From Candidatus Omnitrophota bacterium (lineage in GTDB: Bacteria; Omnitrophota; Gorgyraeia; Zapsychrales; JBAZNR01): a stretch of 64,000 nucleotides of DNA. The stretch's first letter is position 1; each line of letters starts with the position of its first letter. Position numbers and translations under genes: made by a program. Below the pieces are notes generated by a model. It saw only the letters and a program-made list of their open reading frames with translations. It was not told the DNA's origin and made no database searches. Shown piece after piece: positions 28,639-38,013 of this stretch. Where the stretch lies: the NCBI GenBank assembly GCA_041649175.1, contig JBAZNR010000001.1:911497-975496 (forward strand), read 5' to 3'.

Positions 28639-31224
28639 ATGACAATACGCGGCAAACTCATCTTGGCTTTTGTTTTAGTCTTTTTGCTGTTTTGTGTGGG
28701 AGCATTTATTTCTCTTAAGATCATTGAGAAAATGCTGATCGACACGATCGGCTATGAATCTAAGCTTTTAGCAAATCAGGCGCTGGATCAGATCGATCAA
28801 ACAATCCAGCGCAGGATCGAAGATTGTAAAATATTAGCCATCAATACGGAAGCCCAAAATGCCTTAAGAGAATCCAATCGCCAATTTGAGCAATATGGCG
28901 ATATTCAAGCATATATTGATCAGAAGGATAAAGAGTGGATGTCTTTTCCATCGAGTGAATTAAGCCCGTTTATGGAAGACATCCTTTCTAATAAGGTTTC
29001 CGATAATCTGAAGAAAAGAACAGAGTTTTATAAGCGTGAGTATAGTTTTAACCTGATCGGGGAGATTTTTATTACTAACAAATACGGCGCTAATGTTGCC
29101 CAAACAAATAGAACTTCCGATTACCGTCAGGATGATGAGTCTTGGTGGCAGCAGGCGCGCTCTGACGGGATTTTTGTATCTGATGTAGAATACGATGAGA
29201 GTTCTGATGTCCAGGCTGTCAGCATTTGTCTTCGCATTGATAGCGATGAAGGAGAATTCCTGGGTGTCATGAAAGCCGTTTTGAACATTCAGCAGGTGAA
29301 GGATATCCTAAAGAACTTAGAGGGGGAGGAAAAGTTTCAGGTCCATGGAGTGGCAAGAACGGAATTCAAAGTTTTAACAAAGGATTATCGGTTCGTTTAT
29401 TCGAGCGAGAATTATCCTTTGGGTTCCAGATTGCAGGAAGAAGCTATCCGAAATATTGAAAAAAATATTAAGGATACAAGCGCTTATTGGATAGATCAAA
29501 CAGAGCTGTCCCAGGAAGGAGTGCAAGAGCTGGCTTCTTTCGCGCAGTCCGATGGCTTTTTGGACTATAAGGGGCTGGGATGGGTTTTAGTTGCTGAGCG
29601 AAAGACAAAAGAAATCTTAGCTCCGGTCAGGCAAGTACGAGATACACTTATCCTTCTTCTGTTTTTATCAGGATTTATCCTTCTTTTGATCGTCATTGCT
29701 TTTTATCGAATGATCACGATTCCTTTGGGCAAGTTGACAATGGCAGCAACCAAGATCGGAGAAGGCGATCTCGATATTCATATTGAAAGTTTTTCAAAAG
29801 GCGAGATCGGAACGTTAGCAAGAGTGATTAACGAAATGACGCGCAAATTAAAAACGGCTTATGAAGGACTCGAAGAAAAGGTCAAAGAGCGTACGGTGCA
29901 GTTAAGAGCAAGCGAGGAACAGCTCAAAAAAACAAATACAAGCCTTGTACATCGTGAACAGCAAACCCGGGTTCTTTACGAGGTCATGAAAATGGCCGCT
30001 CAGACAGATTCAGTGGAAGAGGCCATTTATGGTTGCGTGGGGACCATCTGCCGATTGACCTCTTGGCCCATAGGCCATGTTTACGTTCTCTCTGAAGATA
30101 AGGCCCGAGAATTGAAATCCAGCAAAATATGGTTCATTAAAGATGGGCAAGACCAGGATTTTATTGCTGAGTTCAAAAGAGTCACAGAAGAAATTTCTTT
30201 TGCTCCCGGTATTGGGCTTCCCGGGCGAATATGGCAATCCGGAGAACCGGCCTGGATCCACAACGTCCAGGAGGATGATAATTTTCCACGAAAGAATTTA
30301 TGTAAGAACATAAAAATAAAAGGGGCGTTTGGTTTTCCGATCAAGGATCATGGCAAAACGATAGCGATCGCTGAATTCTTCACCAATGAGAAAATGGAAA
30401 GAAATGAAGATCTCTTGCTCACGGTCCGTGGCATTGGGGAACAACTAGGGCGGGTTATCGAACGCCAGCAAGCCGATAAAGAACTTAAGTCAGCCGAGGC
30501 ACAGCTGCTGCAATCGGAGAAAATGGCCGCCGTCGGCCAGTTAGCCGCCGGGATCGCTCACGAGATCAAAAATCCTTTAGCGGTCATTTTGCTGGGGGCC
30601 GAAGGATTGAGGGGGGCTCCGGATTCTCTGAACGCGCAAGCGAAAATGAGAATTGATATGATCGAAAAAGCGGCGCAAAGAGCTAATGGCGTTATTATGA
30701 AATTATTGGATTTTTCCAGGCAATCCGAATCTAAAATAGAACTGTTGAATATATGCCAAGTGATGGATAATTCCATTGGCTTTGCCGATAATCGCGCCAA
30801 ATTTAAGAATATTGACCTGCAAAGAAATTATGAGCCAGAGATCATTTTCTTTGAAGGAGACAGGATCTTGCTGGAACAGGCGTTTGTTAATCTTTTGACA
30901 AATGCGATCGATGCCGTCCAAGACAGGGGAAGAGTTTTGGCGCATATTTATTTGCAATCCAGCGCGCAGGCGGGGATTTCGGGAAATAAAAACCTTGTCG
31001 TTGAGATTACCGACAATGGCTGTGGGATGCCTCCGGAAGTTTTATCAAAGATATTTGAGCCTTTTTTTACGACCAAAGGGCAAGGGGAAGGAACGGGGTT
31101 AGGTTTATCGATCGTTTACAAGATCATTGAGCACCATAACGGGAAAATAAGCGTAAAAAGCCAGGAAGGCCAAGGGACAACATTTACGATCCTGTTGCCT
31201 ATGCGGCAAAAGGAAGAAAAATAA
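28639..31224 (+). CDS. Sensor histidine kinase (TM - periplasmic double-Cache-like domain - TM - HAMP - GAF - HisKA - HATPase).
   Basis: Two TM segments flank a ~300-aa extracytoplasmic region. HAMP and coiled coil follow, then a GAF-like region, the H-box AAGIAHEIKNPL, and ATPase N/G boxes (LLTNAIDA, DNGCGMPPE, GTGLGLSIV). Confidence 0.8.
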   Translation: MTIRGKLILAFVLVFLLFCVGAFISLKIIEKMLIDTIGYESKLLANQALDQIDQTIQRRIEDCKILAINTEAQNALRESNRQFEQYGDIQAYIDQKDKEWMSFPSSELSPFMEDILSNKVSDNLKKRTEFYKREYSFNLIGEIFITNKYGANVAQTNRTSDYRQDDESWWQQARSDGIFVSDVEYDESSDVQAVSICLRIDSDEGEFLGVMKAVLNIQQVKDILKNLEGEEKFQVHGVARTEFKVLTKDYRFVYSSENYPLGSRLQEEAIRNIEKNIKDTSAYWIDQTELSQEGVQELASFAQSDGFLDYKGLGWVLVAERKTKEILAPVRQVRDTLILLLFLSGFILLLIVIAFYRMITIPLGKLTMAATKIGEGDLDIHIESFSKGEIGTLARVINEMTRKLKTAYEGLEEKVKERTVQLRASEEQLKKTNTSLVHREQQTRVLYEVMKMAAQTDSVEEAIYGCVGTICRLTSWPIGHVYVLSEDKARELKSSKIWFIKDGQDQDFIAEFKRVTEEISFAPGIGLPGRIWQSGEPAWIHNVQEDDNFPRKNLCKNIKIKGAFGFPIKDHGKTIAIAEFFTNEKMERNEDLLLTVRGIGEQLGRVIERQQADKELKSAEAQLLQSEKMAAVGQLAAGIAHEIKNPLAVILLGAEGLRGAPDSLNAQAKMRIDMIEKAAQRANGVIMKLLDFSRQSESKIELLNICQVMDNSIGFADNRAKFKNIDLQRNYEPEIIFFEGDRILLEQAFVNLLTNAIDAVQDRGRVLAHIYLQSSAQAGISGNKNLVVEITDNGCGMPPEVLSKIFEPFFTTKGQGEGTGLGLSIVYKIIEHHNGKISVKSQEGQGTTFTILLPMRQKEEK

Positions 31225-31271
31225 ATTCAAATTACCGCTGAAAATCCTTTAAAAGGGGAGACCGAAGAAAG

Positions 31272-32162
31272 ATGCAAAAAATAAAAGTTCTTATTGTGGA
31301 AGATGAAAATGATTTGCGTACTTTGATGGCGCTCGAATTAGAAAGCGCCGGCTACTCTGTGTCTCAAGCCGGAGACGGAGACGAAGGGCTGACGGTGGCC
31401 GGCCAGATCAGGCCGGACATTATTATCTCTGACGTGGTGATGCCAAAAAAGGACGGAAATCAATTCTTGAAAGATCTACGAAAGGCAGAATTCGGTAAAA
31501 AGATCCCGTTTGTCATCTTGACGGCCCGGGTCAAGATGCGGGAATACTTTGAGCTGACCGATGCTGATGCTTTCTTGGAAAAGCCTTTTAAGATGGCTGA
31601 ATTGGTGGATGTTATCAAGAAAGTTCTTTCAAAAGAACGAAAAGAGAAGATAGGCACCGGGCAAAAAGAGACCATCCCTGAAACGGCAGAAATTATTATG
31701 CATGATGATATGACGAAATTACGCGGGATGAGCCCGGTAGAAAAGACTTCTGTCGAAACTCTGTATCCGGGATTGTCCGGGAAATACAAGGTAAAGCGTA
31801 CTTTTTCTGAAAAGAAAAAGAAGGTCATCCTTCTCGAAAATGATGCGGAGATCTATCGGGAGCTGGACAGCATCCTTACGCAATGGCATTGCGAAGTTCA
31901 TCTGGTGGCGAATGCCGATGAGTGTCTTCAGGAAGCCATATCTTGGGTTCCGGATATCATTATCCTTAAAGAGATCTTTGAGAAGTTAAATGCGCGGGAA
32001 TTAGCGGACCGTATCAAAAATATGCCGCGGCTACAAACAATCCCTGTTGTTATCTATAATTATCTGGGGGAATGGAATAAAAGAGTGCAGCCGAAATATT
32101 TCGAGTTTAATAAAGACGGGCATCACTTCTTGGGAATGGTCAAGAATTTGATAGAAAAATAA
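31272..32162 (+). CDS. Response regulator (REC + degenerate second receiver-like domain).
   Basis: REC signature (KVLIVEDENDLR...DIIISDVVMPKKDG...LTAR). The second domain lacks the phospho-acceptor Asp. Paralogue of 25988-26992. Confidence 0.7.
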   Translation: MQKIKVLIVEDENDLRTLMALELESAGYSVSQAGDGDEGLTVAGQIRPDIIISDVVMPKKDGNQFLKDLRKAEFGKKIPFVILTARVKMREYFELTDADAFLEKPFKMAELVDVIKKVLSKERKEKIGTGQKETIPETAEIIMHDDMTKLRGMSPVEKTSVETLYPGLSGKYKVKRTFSEKKKKVILLENDAEIYRELDSILTQWHCEVHLVANADECLQEAISWVPDIIILKEIFEKLNARELADRIKNMPRLQTIPVVIYNYLGEWNKRVQPKYFEFNKDGHHFLGMVKNLIEK

Positions 32163-32194
32163 CCGATTAAGATTTAACACGGAAAGAGTGTCAA

Positions 32195-32884
32195 ATGTTT
32201 ACCGCGCTGTTGCTGATTCTTTTTTGGGGAGGTGTTTTAGCTTTCGTTCCGGTAACTTTTTATCTGCTTATCAAAAATCCGCCTTTGCGCCAGCTTGAAA
32301 CAGTTCGCGGGCGGGGCATTTTTATCATGACGGATGAATCAAAACTTGCCCGGGGGAAAGAATCTCGAGTGAAGACAATTGGGGTCATTTATGCTGTTTC
32401 TTGCGCGCTAGTTTTGGTGTGGTATTTGATCAACCGCAAAGAAGGGAGCGGAGTGGTTCCCCTGGATGTCTTTTCATCATTTTCTGTCATTTTGTTTTAT
32501 TTCTCTATGTTGACGTACATACCTGTTATTTTTTATTTACGCTGGTGTAAACCTTGGCAATATCGGGAAGAGGGTATGTGCTTGACGGGGATTTACCATC
32601 TTTACGGAGTGGGTATTTTTGCTTTTGCCGGGTTTTTTCTGTATTCTTGGCTAAAACAAAAAGGGCTGGTCCTTTATCCTCAGCAAGTTTTTTATGCTTT
32701 GCTGGGTGCTATTTTTGCCGCCGCCTTACTCTCTTATCTGCCTATTCTTGCCTATGTGTTGGTTAGGGCGCTGCGCTCCTGGCAGGATCGCCCCATACGC
32801 CCTAACATTATTTTTGTTATCTATAGCTTATGTTTTGTGGTTTTTTCGATCATTTATGTTTTTGAATGGCTTTACGCCCATTAG
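32195..32884 (+). CDS. Polytopic membrane protein, hypothetical.
   Basis: Six to seven predicted TM helices, no recognisable motif. Confidence 0.4.
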   Translation: MFTALLLILFWGGVLAFVPVTFYLLIKNPPLRQLETVRGRGIFIMTDESKLARGKESRVKTIGVIYAVSCALVLVWYLINRKEGSGVVPLDVFSSFSVILFYFSMLTYIPVIFYLRWCKPWQYREEGMCLTGIYHLYGVGIFAFAGFFLYSWLKQKGLVLYPQQVFYALLGAIFAAALLSYLPILAYVLVRALRSWQDRPIRPNIIFVIYSLCFVVFSIIYVFEWLYAH

Positions 32885-33602
32885 AAGCTCTCAAGGTAAT
32901 AATGCCCTTAAGATACCTCTGGCGTTTTGTTTCCGGAAACCGTTCAATGGCATAACGCAGCATGGTGCGTGGCATTTTTTTGTAATGTGTTCTTAAAAAA
33001 CCTTCTTCCGTTTTTAGATTGCGTTTTCCCACTTCTCGCAACATCCATCCCACAGCTTTTTGGATGAGGTCTTCCTCGTCGTGCAGTAATGCTTTTGCGA
33101 TCCTTAGCGTGTCGCCAAAGAAACGGTTTCTAATAAAATAAAAAGTTGCCATTATGGCGATACGTCGCGCCCAGAGGTTTTTTGATCTTGCCAGCCGGTA
33201 AAGGATTTGTTTGTCTTTATTGAAAAGAAAATCGCCCATGATCTTTTCTGCGGATAGATCGATCAAGTCCCAGTTGTTGATATATTTTTGGTTCTTTAGG
33301 TAGATTTTGTAGACCTTATTTTTCTCTTGGGCAGAGCTCTTCTTATAGCGCTCGATGAGAATGAAAAGTGCGCAAAGCCGTTCTTCGTGAATAGGCGAGT
33401 GTAAAAGGGATATGGTATCTCCAAGACTTAAGTCTTTAAATTGTTTCGCGACACTACGTGTTTCAGGGACAGTTACGCCGATAAAAATGTCTCCCTCTCC
33501 ATACTCACCGGGTCCGGTTTTAAAAAACCGTTGCAAGATCTTGGCTTTCGCCGGGCTGGATAGTTCTTTGAGTTCTTTTTTGATCAGTTTCAACTGAGAC
33601 AT
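32850..33602 (-). CDS. DNA alkylation repair glycosylase (AlkD/AlkC HEAT-like repeat family).
   Basis: LQRFFKTGPGEYGEGDIFIGVTVPETRSVAKQF corresponds to the AlkD MARYMKNHFLGIRTPVLRKIAKE region. WARRIAI HEAT-like repeats are present. Start chosen at MSQLKL, 12 codons inside the track ORF. Confidence 0.6.
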   Translation of the reverse strand: MSQLKLIKKELKELSSPAKAKILQRFFKTGPGEYGEGDIFIGVTVPETRSVAKQFKDLSLGDTISLLHSPIHEERLCALFILIERYKKSSAQEKNKVYKIYLKNQKYINNWDLIDLSAEKIMGDFLFNKDKQILYRLARSKNLWARRIAIMATFYFIRNRFFGDTLRIAKALLHDEEDLIQKAVGWMLREVGKRNLKTEEGFLRTHYKKMPRTMLRYAIERFPETKRQRYLKGIITLRASNGRKAIQKHK

Positions 33603-33655
33603 AGGCGTTATTTTAGCTTGTTTAAAACTTAAGTTCAACGTAAAATGTTTTTCCT

Positions 33656-34093
33656 ATGCGCTTATGGTCGCTTCATCCTCAATATCTTGACCGCCAAGGG
33701 CTTTTGGCTGTTTGGCGGGAAGGGCTTTTGGCGCAGAAAGTTATCGTCGGAAAAACGAAAGGCTACAAAAATCATCCGCAGTTAGAACGTTTTAAAAGAC
33801 ACTCTAAGCCGCTTTTGGCGATCGGGAACTATCTTTTTTCGATTTATCTAGAGGCAAAAAAAAGAAAATATCAATTTTCAAAAAATAAGATCTTATTTTA
33901 TTCAAAGAAGAAGTTTCATCTTAAAGTGACAAAAAAGCAAATGGATTATGAGTTCCGGCATCTTTTGAAAAAACTTAAGATTCGCGATAAGAACGTTTAT
34001 CAAAAAATCAGTGCTACTCGCCGCGTGAAGCCTCATCCGTTATTTTCTGTTGTTTTCGGGAAAATTGAGCCGTGGGAGAGAATAAAAGATTAG
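33656..34093 (+). CDS. Pyrimidine-dimer DNA glycosylase / AP lyase (T4 endonuclease V, DenV family).
   Basis: N-terminus MRLWSLHPQYLDRQGLLAVWREGLLAQ is characteristic of bacterial DenV homologues. Confidence 0.55.
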   Translation: MRLWSLHPQYLDRQGLLAVWREGLLAQKVIVGKTKGYKNHPQLERFKRHSKPLLAIGNYLFSIYLEAKKRKYQFSKNKILFYSKKKFHLKVTKKQMDYEFRHLLKKLKIRDKNVYQKISATRRVKPHPLFSVVFGKIEPWERIKD

Positions 34094-34174
34094 GGTCAGT
34101 TTTCCTGTTTTGGCGGTTTGGGAAAGTTGTGATACAATAACCCTTCAAAAGTTAATACTATATTAGGGAAGAAA

Positions 34175-34378
34175 ATGACAGCATCAAAAATAAGAACTAT
34201 CCTGCGCTGGGTTCATATTATTATCGGCTTGATATTGCTGTGCTATATCTATTCGCCGTTTCATCGTTATATTTTGTTTCAAGCTTTTGTAAAATGTGTC
34301 GCGATCCCGATCGTGGTGGTCAGCGGTTTGTGGATATGGAAATCGAGTATTTTTAATAAGGTTTTTCACATCAAGTAG
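34175..34378 (+). CDS. Small two-TM membrane protein, hypothetical.
   Basis: 67 aa with two hydrophobic helices. Confidence 0.3.
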   Translation: MTASKIRTILRWVHIIIGLILLCYIYSPFHRYILFQAFVKCVAIPIVVVSGLWIWKSSIFNKVFHIK

Positions 34379-34454
34379 TTTTGCAAGAGCGCTTTATTTT
34401 CTCTGATTTTACGATATAATAGCGGTATTCATTCTAAATAAAAGGGAGGAAGCT

Positions 34455-34748
34455 ATGAAAAAAGTTTTTGTGGTTACATTATTAGGTTTAGCGATGATCG
34501 GTTGCACGACGACACAAAAAGGCGCCGGTGTTGGTGCCGCGGGTGGCGCGATCTTAGGCGGTATTATCGGGCATCAGTCGGGCCATGGAGTAGTAGGCGC
34601 GGCGATCGGTGCGGGAGCGGGTGCCGTTGCCGGGGGCGTAGTTGGCGAGAAAATGGATAAAAAATTCTGCCCGAAGTGCGGAGCAGCTTTCACTAATGAC
34701 GTTCAATTCTGCCCGAAAGACGGAACGGAATTGAAATTAAAAGAATAG
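34455..34748 (+). CDS. Lipoprotein with a glycine-zipper segment and a C-terminal zinc ribbon.
   Basis: Lipobox LAMIGC. Gly-zipper GAGVGAAGGAILGGIIGHQSGHGVVGAAIGAGAGAVAGGVVG. Zinc ribbon CPKCG...CPKDG. Confidence 0.5.
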   Translation: MKKVFVVTLLGLAMIGCTTTQKGAGVGAAGGAILGGIIGHQSGHGVVGAAIGAGAGAVAGGVVGEKMDKKFCPKCGAAFTNDVQFCPKDGTELKLKE

Positions 34749-34785
34749 ATCCCATATTAAAAAATCTTAAGAATTAGAGGTTAAC

Positions 34786-35676
34786 ATGCATATTCCAAGT
34801 TCAATGCTCAATGGTGCTATTTGTCCGGTGACATTAACAGTTGGAGCTGTCGGCTTAGGATTAGCCGGTTATTGGTCCGGAAAGATCAAGGAAAAACCGG
34901 GAGTATTTAAATTTGCCGGCATCACCGCGCTTATTTTTGCTTTGCAAATGCTCAATTATCCGATCCAAGATGGAACGTCAGGACATTTGGTGGGGGCGAT
35001 GTTAGCCGTAAGTTTCTTAGGTATTCCTTTTGCGGTTGTTTCGATGGCGCTGATTTTAGCTGTTCAGGCTTTTTTCTTTGGTGACGGTGGAATAAACGCA
35101 TTGGGAGTCAATATTCTTAATATGGGAATTTTGGGAGCTGCTTTATCCGGGTTCTTATTTTATCGCATGATACAAAAAGGGATGAACCGATCTTTAGCGC
35201 TTGGATTAGCCGCGTGGTTTTCGGTGTTAATCGGTGCGGTTGCCTGCGCGTTTGAAGTTGCTTTTTCCGGAGCTGCGAGCCTCGAAAAAGTTTTACCGGC
35301 GATGTTATCGGTGCATTCTTTGATCGGATTAGGCGAAGGCGTATTAACAGTTGCTATTGTTGCTGTCCTTGGGTCATGTGTGCGTTTTTGGAAAGAAAAT
35401 TCAAAAGCACTTGCCGTGGGAAGCCTTGGATTAGCAGCTGTCGCAACTACATTAAGCCCTTTCGCCAGCAATTTCCCGGACGGCCTTGAGTGGGTGGCCG
35501 AGAAATTCTCTTTTGTGCAGTTCTCAGCGGTGGAATTTCCGGCGTTGTTTCCTGGTTATCAGGCGACATTTATTGGTCACGCCGGCCTATCGAGCGTTGT
35601 GGCCGGTTTCATCGGGATTGCCATCATTTTTATTCTTACATCGGCTACAAATCTTTTCCTTCCCAAGGAAAAGTAA
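34786..35676 (+). CDS. cbiM: ECF-type cobalt/nickel transporter substrate-capture component CbiM/NikM fused to a PDGLE domain.
   Basis: N-terminal MHI metal-binding motif typical of CbiM, 6-7 TM helices, and C-terminal NFPDGLEW (PDGLE domain). Confidence 0.65.
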   Translation: MHIPSSMLNGAICPVTLTVGAVGLGLAGYWSGKIKEKPGVFKFAGITALIFALQMLNYPIQDGTSGHLVGAMLAVSFLGIPFAVVSMALILAVQAFFFGDGGINALGVNILNMGILGAALSGFLFYRMIQKGMNRSLALGLAAWFSVLIGAVACAFEVAFSGAASLEKVLPAMLSVHSLIGLGEGVLTVAIVAVLGSCVRFWKENSKALAVGSLGLAAVATTLSPFASNFPDGLEWVAEKFSFVQFSAVEFPALFPGYQATFIGHAGLSSVVAGFIGIAIIFILTSATNLFLPKEK

Positions 35677-35702
35677 CTCAAGAATTCTCGCAAAGAAATA
35701 AC

Positions 35703-35730
35703 TTGACGTAAATGATTTTTTGTTTATACT
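35703..35730 (+). promoter_or_regulatory. Sigma70-like promoter upstream of the Fur-family gene (TTGACG - 16 nt - TATACT).
   Basis: Hexamers read from the sequence. Located 22-49 nt upstream of the start codon. Confidence 0.4.
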
Positions 35731-35751
35731 AAATAGAAATCATTTCTATTT
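35731..35751 (+). promoter_or_regulatory. Perfect 10-1-10 palindrome AAATAGAAAT-C-ATTTCTATTT, a Fur-family (7-1-7 type) operator candidate and probable autoregulatory site.
   Basis: Seen in the sequence between the -10 hexamer and the ATG of the Fur-family gene. The core TAGAAATCATTTCTA has the 7-1-7 architecture of Fur/PerR/Zur boxes. Confidence 0.5.
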
Positions 35752-36183
35752 ATGAAAAACCAAAAAGAATTTACGACAAGCCTCAAAAAACACTTTCTTA
35801 AAGTCACTCCCAAGCGTGAAGCGGTCATTGACCTTTTCTCCCGCCGGAAAGATTATTTAAGCCCGCAGGAAGTCTGGGCGATTTTACGAAAGAAATTTGA
35901 TCAAGTTGGACTGCCGACTACCTATCGTATTTTAGAAGAGCTTTCTTCGATCGGCCTTCTCTTTAGGATCGAGTCAAGCGACCAGCAGCTTTACTACGGG
36001 TTTTGCCGGCACGAAGACCGCGCGCATCATCACCATCATTTTATCTGCCGAAAATGCCATTCGATCATCGAATTAAGTGAATGCCTTTTTGAACATACCG
36101 AGAAAATCCTTAGACAAAAATTAAAGTGCAAACCGGAACGCCATATTTTCCAGGTGGAAGGCTTATGTGCAAAGTGCCGATGA
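35752..36183 (+). CDS. fur: Fur-family metalloregulator (Fur/Nur/Zur type).
   Basis: Winged-helix N-terminus, then HHHHFICRKCHSIIEL and the C-terminal CAKC metal sites. Confidence 0.75.
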   Translation: MKNQKEFTTSLKKHFLKVTPKREAVIDLFSRRKDYLSPQEVWAILRKKFDQVGLPTTYRILEELSSIGLLFRIESSDQQLYYGFCRHEDRAHHHHHFICRKCHSIIELSECLFEHTEKILRQKLKCKPERHIFQVEGLCAKCR

Positions 36184-36229
36184 AAATAGAGGAGTCAAAT
36201 AATTTATTTTTAGCTAAAGGGAGACACTG

Positions 36230-37162
36230 GTGAATATAAAAACTCTACGGATGATCATCTTTTCTGGTTTTATTTTATTGAGTTGCTGCGGTTTACTTTT
36301 CGCGCAACAGGATAACAGCAGCTCGCAGGACTTAAGCGAATGGTATCCGCCGTCGGCAGGTCCAATTACGGCTTGGACAGCACCTGTTAGCGAGAAAAAT
36401 CAATTATTAGCTCAAACATTTTTTTATTATACACACACCCGCGGCACTTTTGACGCGGAGGGGAATTCAGATTCGCTTCCCGAAGGCGATCGGAAGTATC
36501 AATATCAGCAGCAACTATTCCTCCAGTATGGGCTTACGGATCGCCTAGAGATCAGCGGTCAAATGGCTTACCTGGAAAATTTTATTGAACAAAGCGGCGA
36601 GGAAGCTCATGCGGAAGGTTTTGGCGATACCTACCTATATTCTCGATATTGTTTTCTAGATGAAACAAAAATTTTTCCGCAGGTCACGGGGATATTCCAG
36701 CTTAAATTGCCGAGCGGGCCATATCAAAAACTTGAGGCCGAAAAGTTGGAAACGGATTCCTTCGGGACTGGTTCTTATGAACACGGCTATGGCTTTGTTT
36801 TAACCAAGCGTTTCAAACCGTTCATTTTTCACGCGGATGCGATCTATTCCTTTCCCTTGGTAACCAAAGTTGATGAAGTTAAAACGCAATATGGAAATTC
36901 TTTAGCTTACGATATCGGTGTTGAATATTTTCTACCAAAAGGATTTAATCTTTTATTTGAATTAAACGGTTATACGCAAGGGGACACCAAACAAGACGGA
37001 GACAAAATTCCCGCGAATGATTCCAGTTATGTCTTAGCCGTTCCCGGAATTGGCTGGTCGAATGATAGCATCCAAACTCTTTTGGCGTATCAGCGGACGA
37101 TCTTTGGTGAAAATACGGATGCCAATGACTCAATTGTTATGACGATCATTTATAATTTTTAA
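36230..37162 (+). CDS. Putative outer-membrane beta-barrel protein (MetA/Phenol_MetA_deg-like).
   Basis: GTG start, signal peptide, alternating beta-strand pattern, and a C-terminal aromatic residue (…IIYNF). Confidence 0.4.
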   Translation: MNIKTLRMIIFSGFILLSCCGLLFAQQDNSSSQDLSEWYPPSAGPITAWTAPVSEKNQLLAQTFFYYTHTRGTFDAEGNSDSLPEGDRKYQYQQQLFLQYGLTDRLEISGQMAYLENFIEQSGEEAHAEGFGDTYLYSRYCFLDETKIFPQVTGIFQLKLPSGPYQKLEAEKLETDSFGTGSYEHGYGFVLTKRFKPFIFHADAIYSFPLVTKVDEVKTQYGNSLAYDIGVEYFLPKGFNLLFELNGYTQGDTKQDGDKIPANDSSYVLAVPGIGWSNDSIQTLLAYQRTIFGENTDANDSIVMTIIYNF

Positions 37163-37177
37163 CTTAAAAGGAGCCTT

Positions 37178-37927
37178 ATGAATCCTTCCATTTCTGCCTT
37201 GATCAGCGTCAGCTTGGTGAGCATTATTTCTTTAGCCGGGGCTTTTACGCTTTCTCTTAATAAAGAGTTTTTGCGCAAAATCCTTCTTTTCTTGGTAAGT
37301 TTTGCTGTCGGAGCATTATTCGGAGATGCCTTTATTCATCTTCTGCCGGAAGCGTTTGAAGAATTAGGGCTTAGCCTGCAAACATCACTTCTGGTCATTA
37401 GCGGTATTTTAATATTTTTTGTTCTGGAGAAATTTTTACGATGGCGGCATTGCCATATTTTAGAATCATCGCATGAACACGTTCACCCGATGGCAACTTT
37501 AAGTTTGATCGGTGATGCGGTTCACAATCTCATGGATGGAATGATCATTGGCGCAAGTTATTTGGCGAGCCCCGCTATCGGTGTCGCGACGACCTTGGCT
37601 GTTATCTTGCATGAAATTCCTCAAGAAATAGGTGATTTTGGTATTCTTGTCCATAGCGGCTTGACAGTTCGCAAGGCACTTTTCTTTAACTTCCTTTCGG
37701 CTTTAACTGCTTTTGTTGGGCTTGGAATATCGCTTTTTATCGGGCCGCATATTACCGGTTACGCTTCCTATATTGTCCCGGTGACAGCGGGAGGTTTTTT
37801 GTATATCGCCGGCTCTGACCTTATCCCGGAACTTCATCATGATGTGAAGGCTTCTATTTCTTTGGGGCAGTTTGTCTGTATTATTTTGGGCGTAGGATTG
37901 ATGGCGCTGCTGGTTTTGATGGAATAG
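37178..37927 (+). CDS. ZIP-family divalent metal transporter (ZupT-like).
   Basis: HNLMDGMIIGASY and HEIPQEIGDF signature helices, 8 TM. Confidence 0.75.
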   Translation: MNPSISALISVSLVSIISLAGAFTLSLNKEFLRKILLFLVSFAVGALFGDAFIHLLPEAFEELGLSLQTSLLVISGILIFFVLEKFLRWRHCHILESSHEHVHPMATLSLIGDAVHNLMDGMIIGASYLASPAIGVATTLAVILHEIPQEIGDFGILVHSGLTVRKALFFNFLSALTAFVGLGISLFIGPHITGYASYIVPVTAGGFLYIAGSDLIPELHHDVKASISLGQFVCIILGVGLMALLVLME

Positions 37928-37957
37928 CTTTACGGCAAAAACGAATTCTAAAGAATG

Positions 37958-37987
37958 TTGGAAATATTTTGTCAGGGTGTTTATAAT
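37958..37987 (+). promoter_or_regulatory. Sigma70-like promoter (TTGGAA - 17 nt - TATAAT) upstream of terC.
   Basis: Near-consensus hexamers 27 nt upstream of the terC start. Confidence 0.4.
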
Positions 37988-38013
37988 AGCGGCATTACAT
38001 CAAAGGAGAGATA

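Noticed and set aside
33639-33655. Only 17 nt between the divergent AlkD-like (track start 33638) and DenV-like genes.
   Set aside because: This is too short for two promoters. I moved the minus-strand start to the internal Met (33602) rather than invoking overlapping divergent promoters.
34383-34422. TATAAT hexamer upstream of the Gly-zipper lipoprotein gene.
   Set aside because: The best -35-like hexamer (TTGCAA) is 28 nt away, so the spacing is non-canonical and I did not report a promoter.
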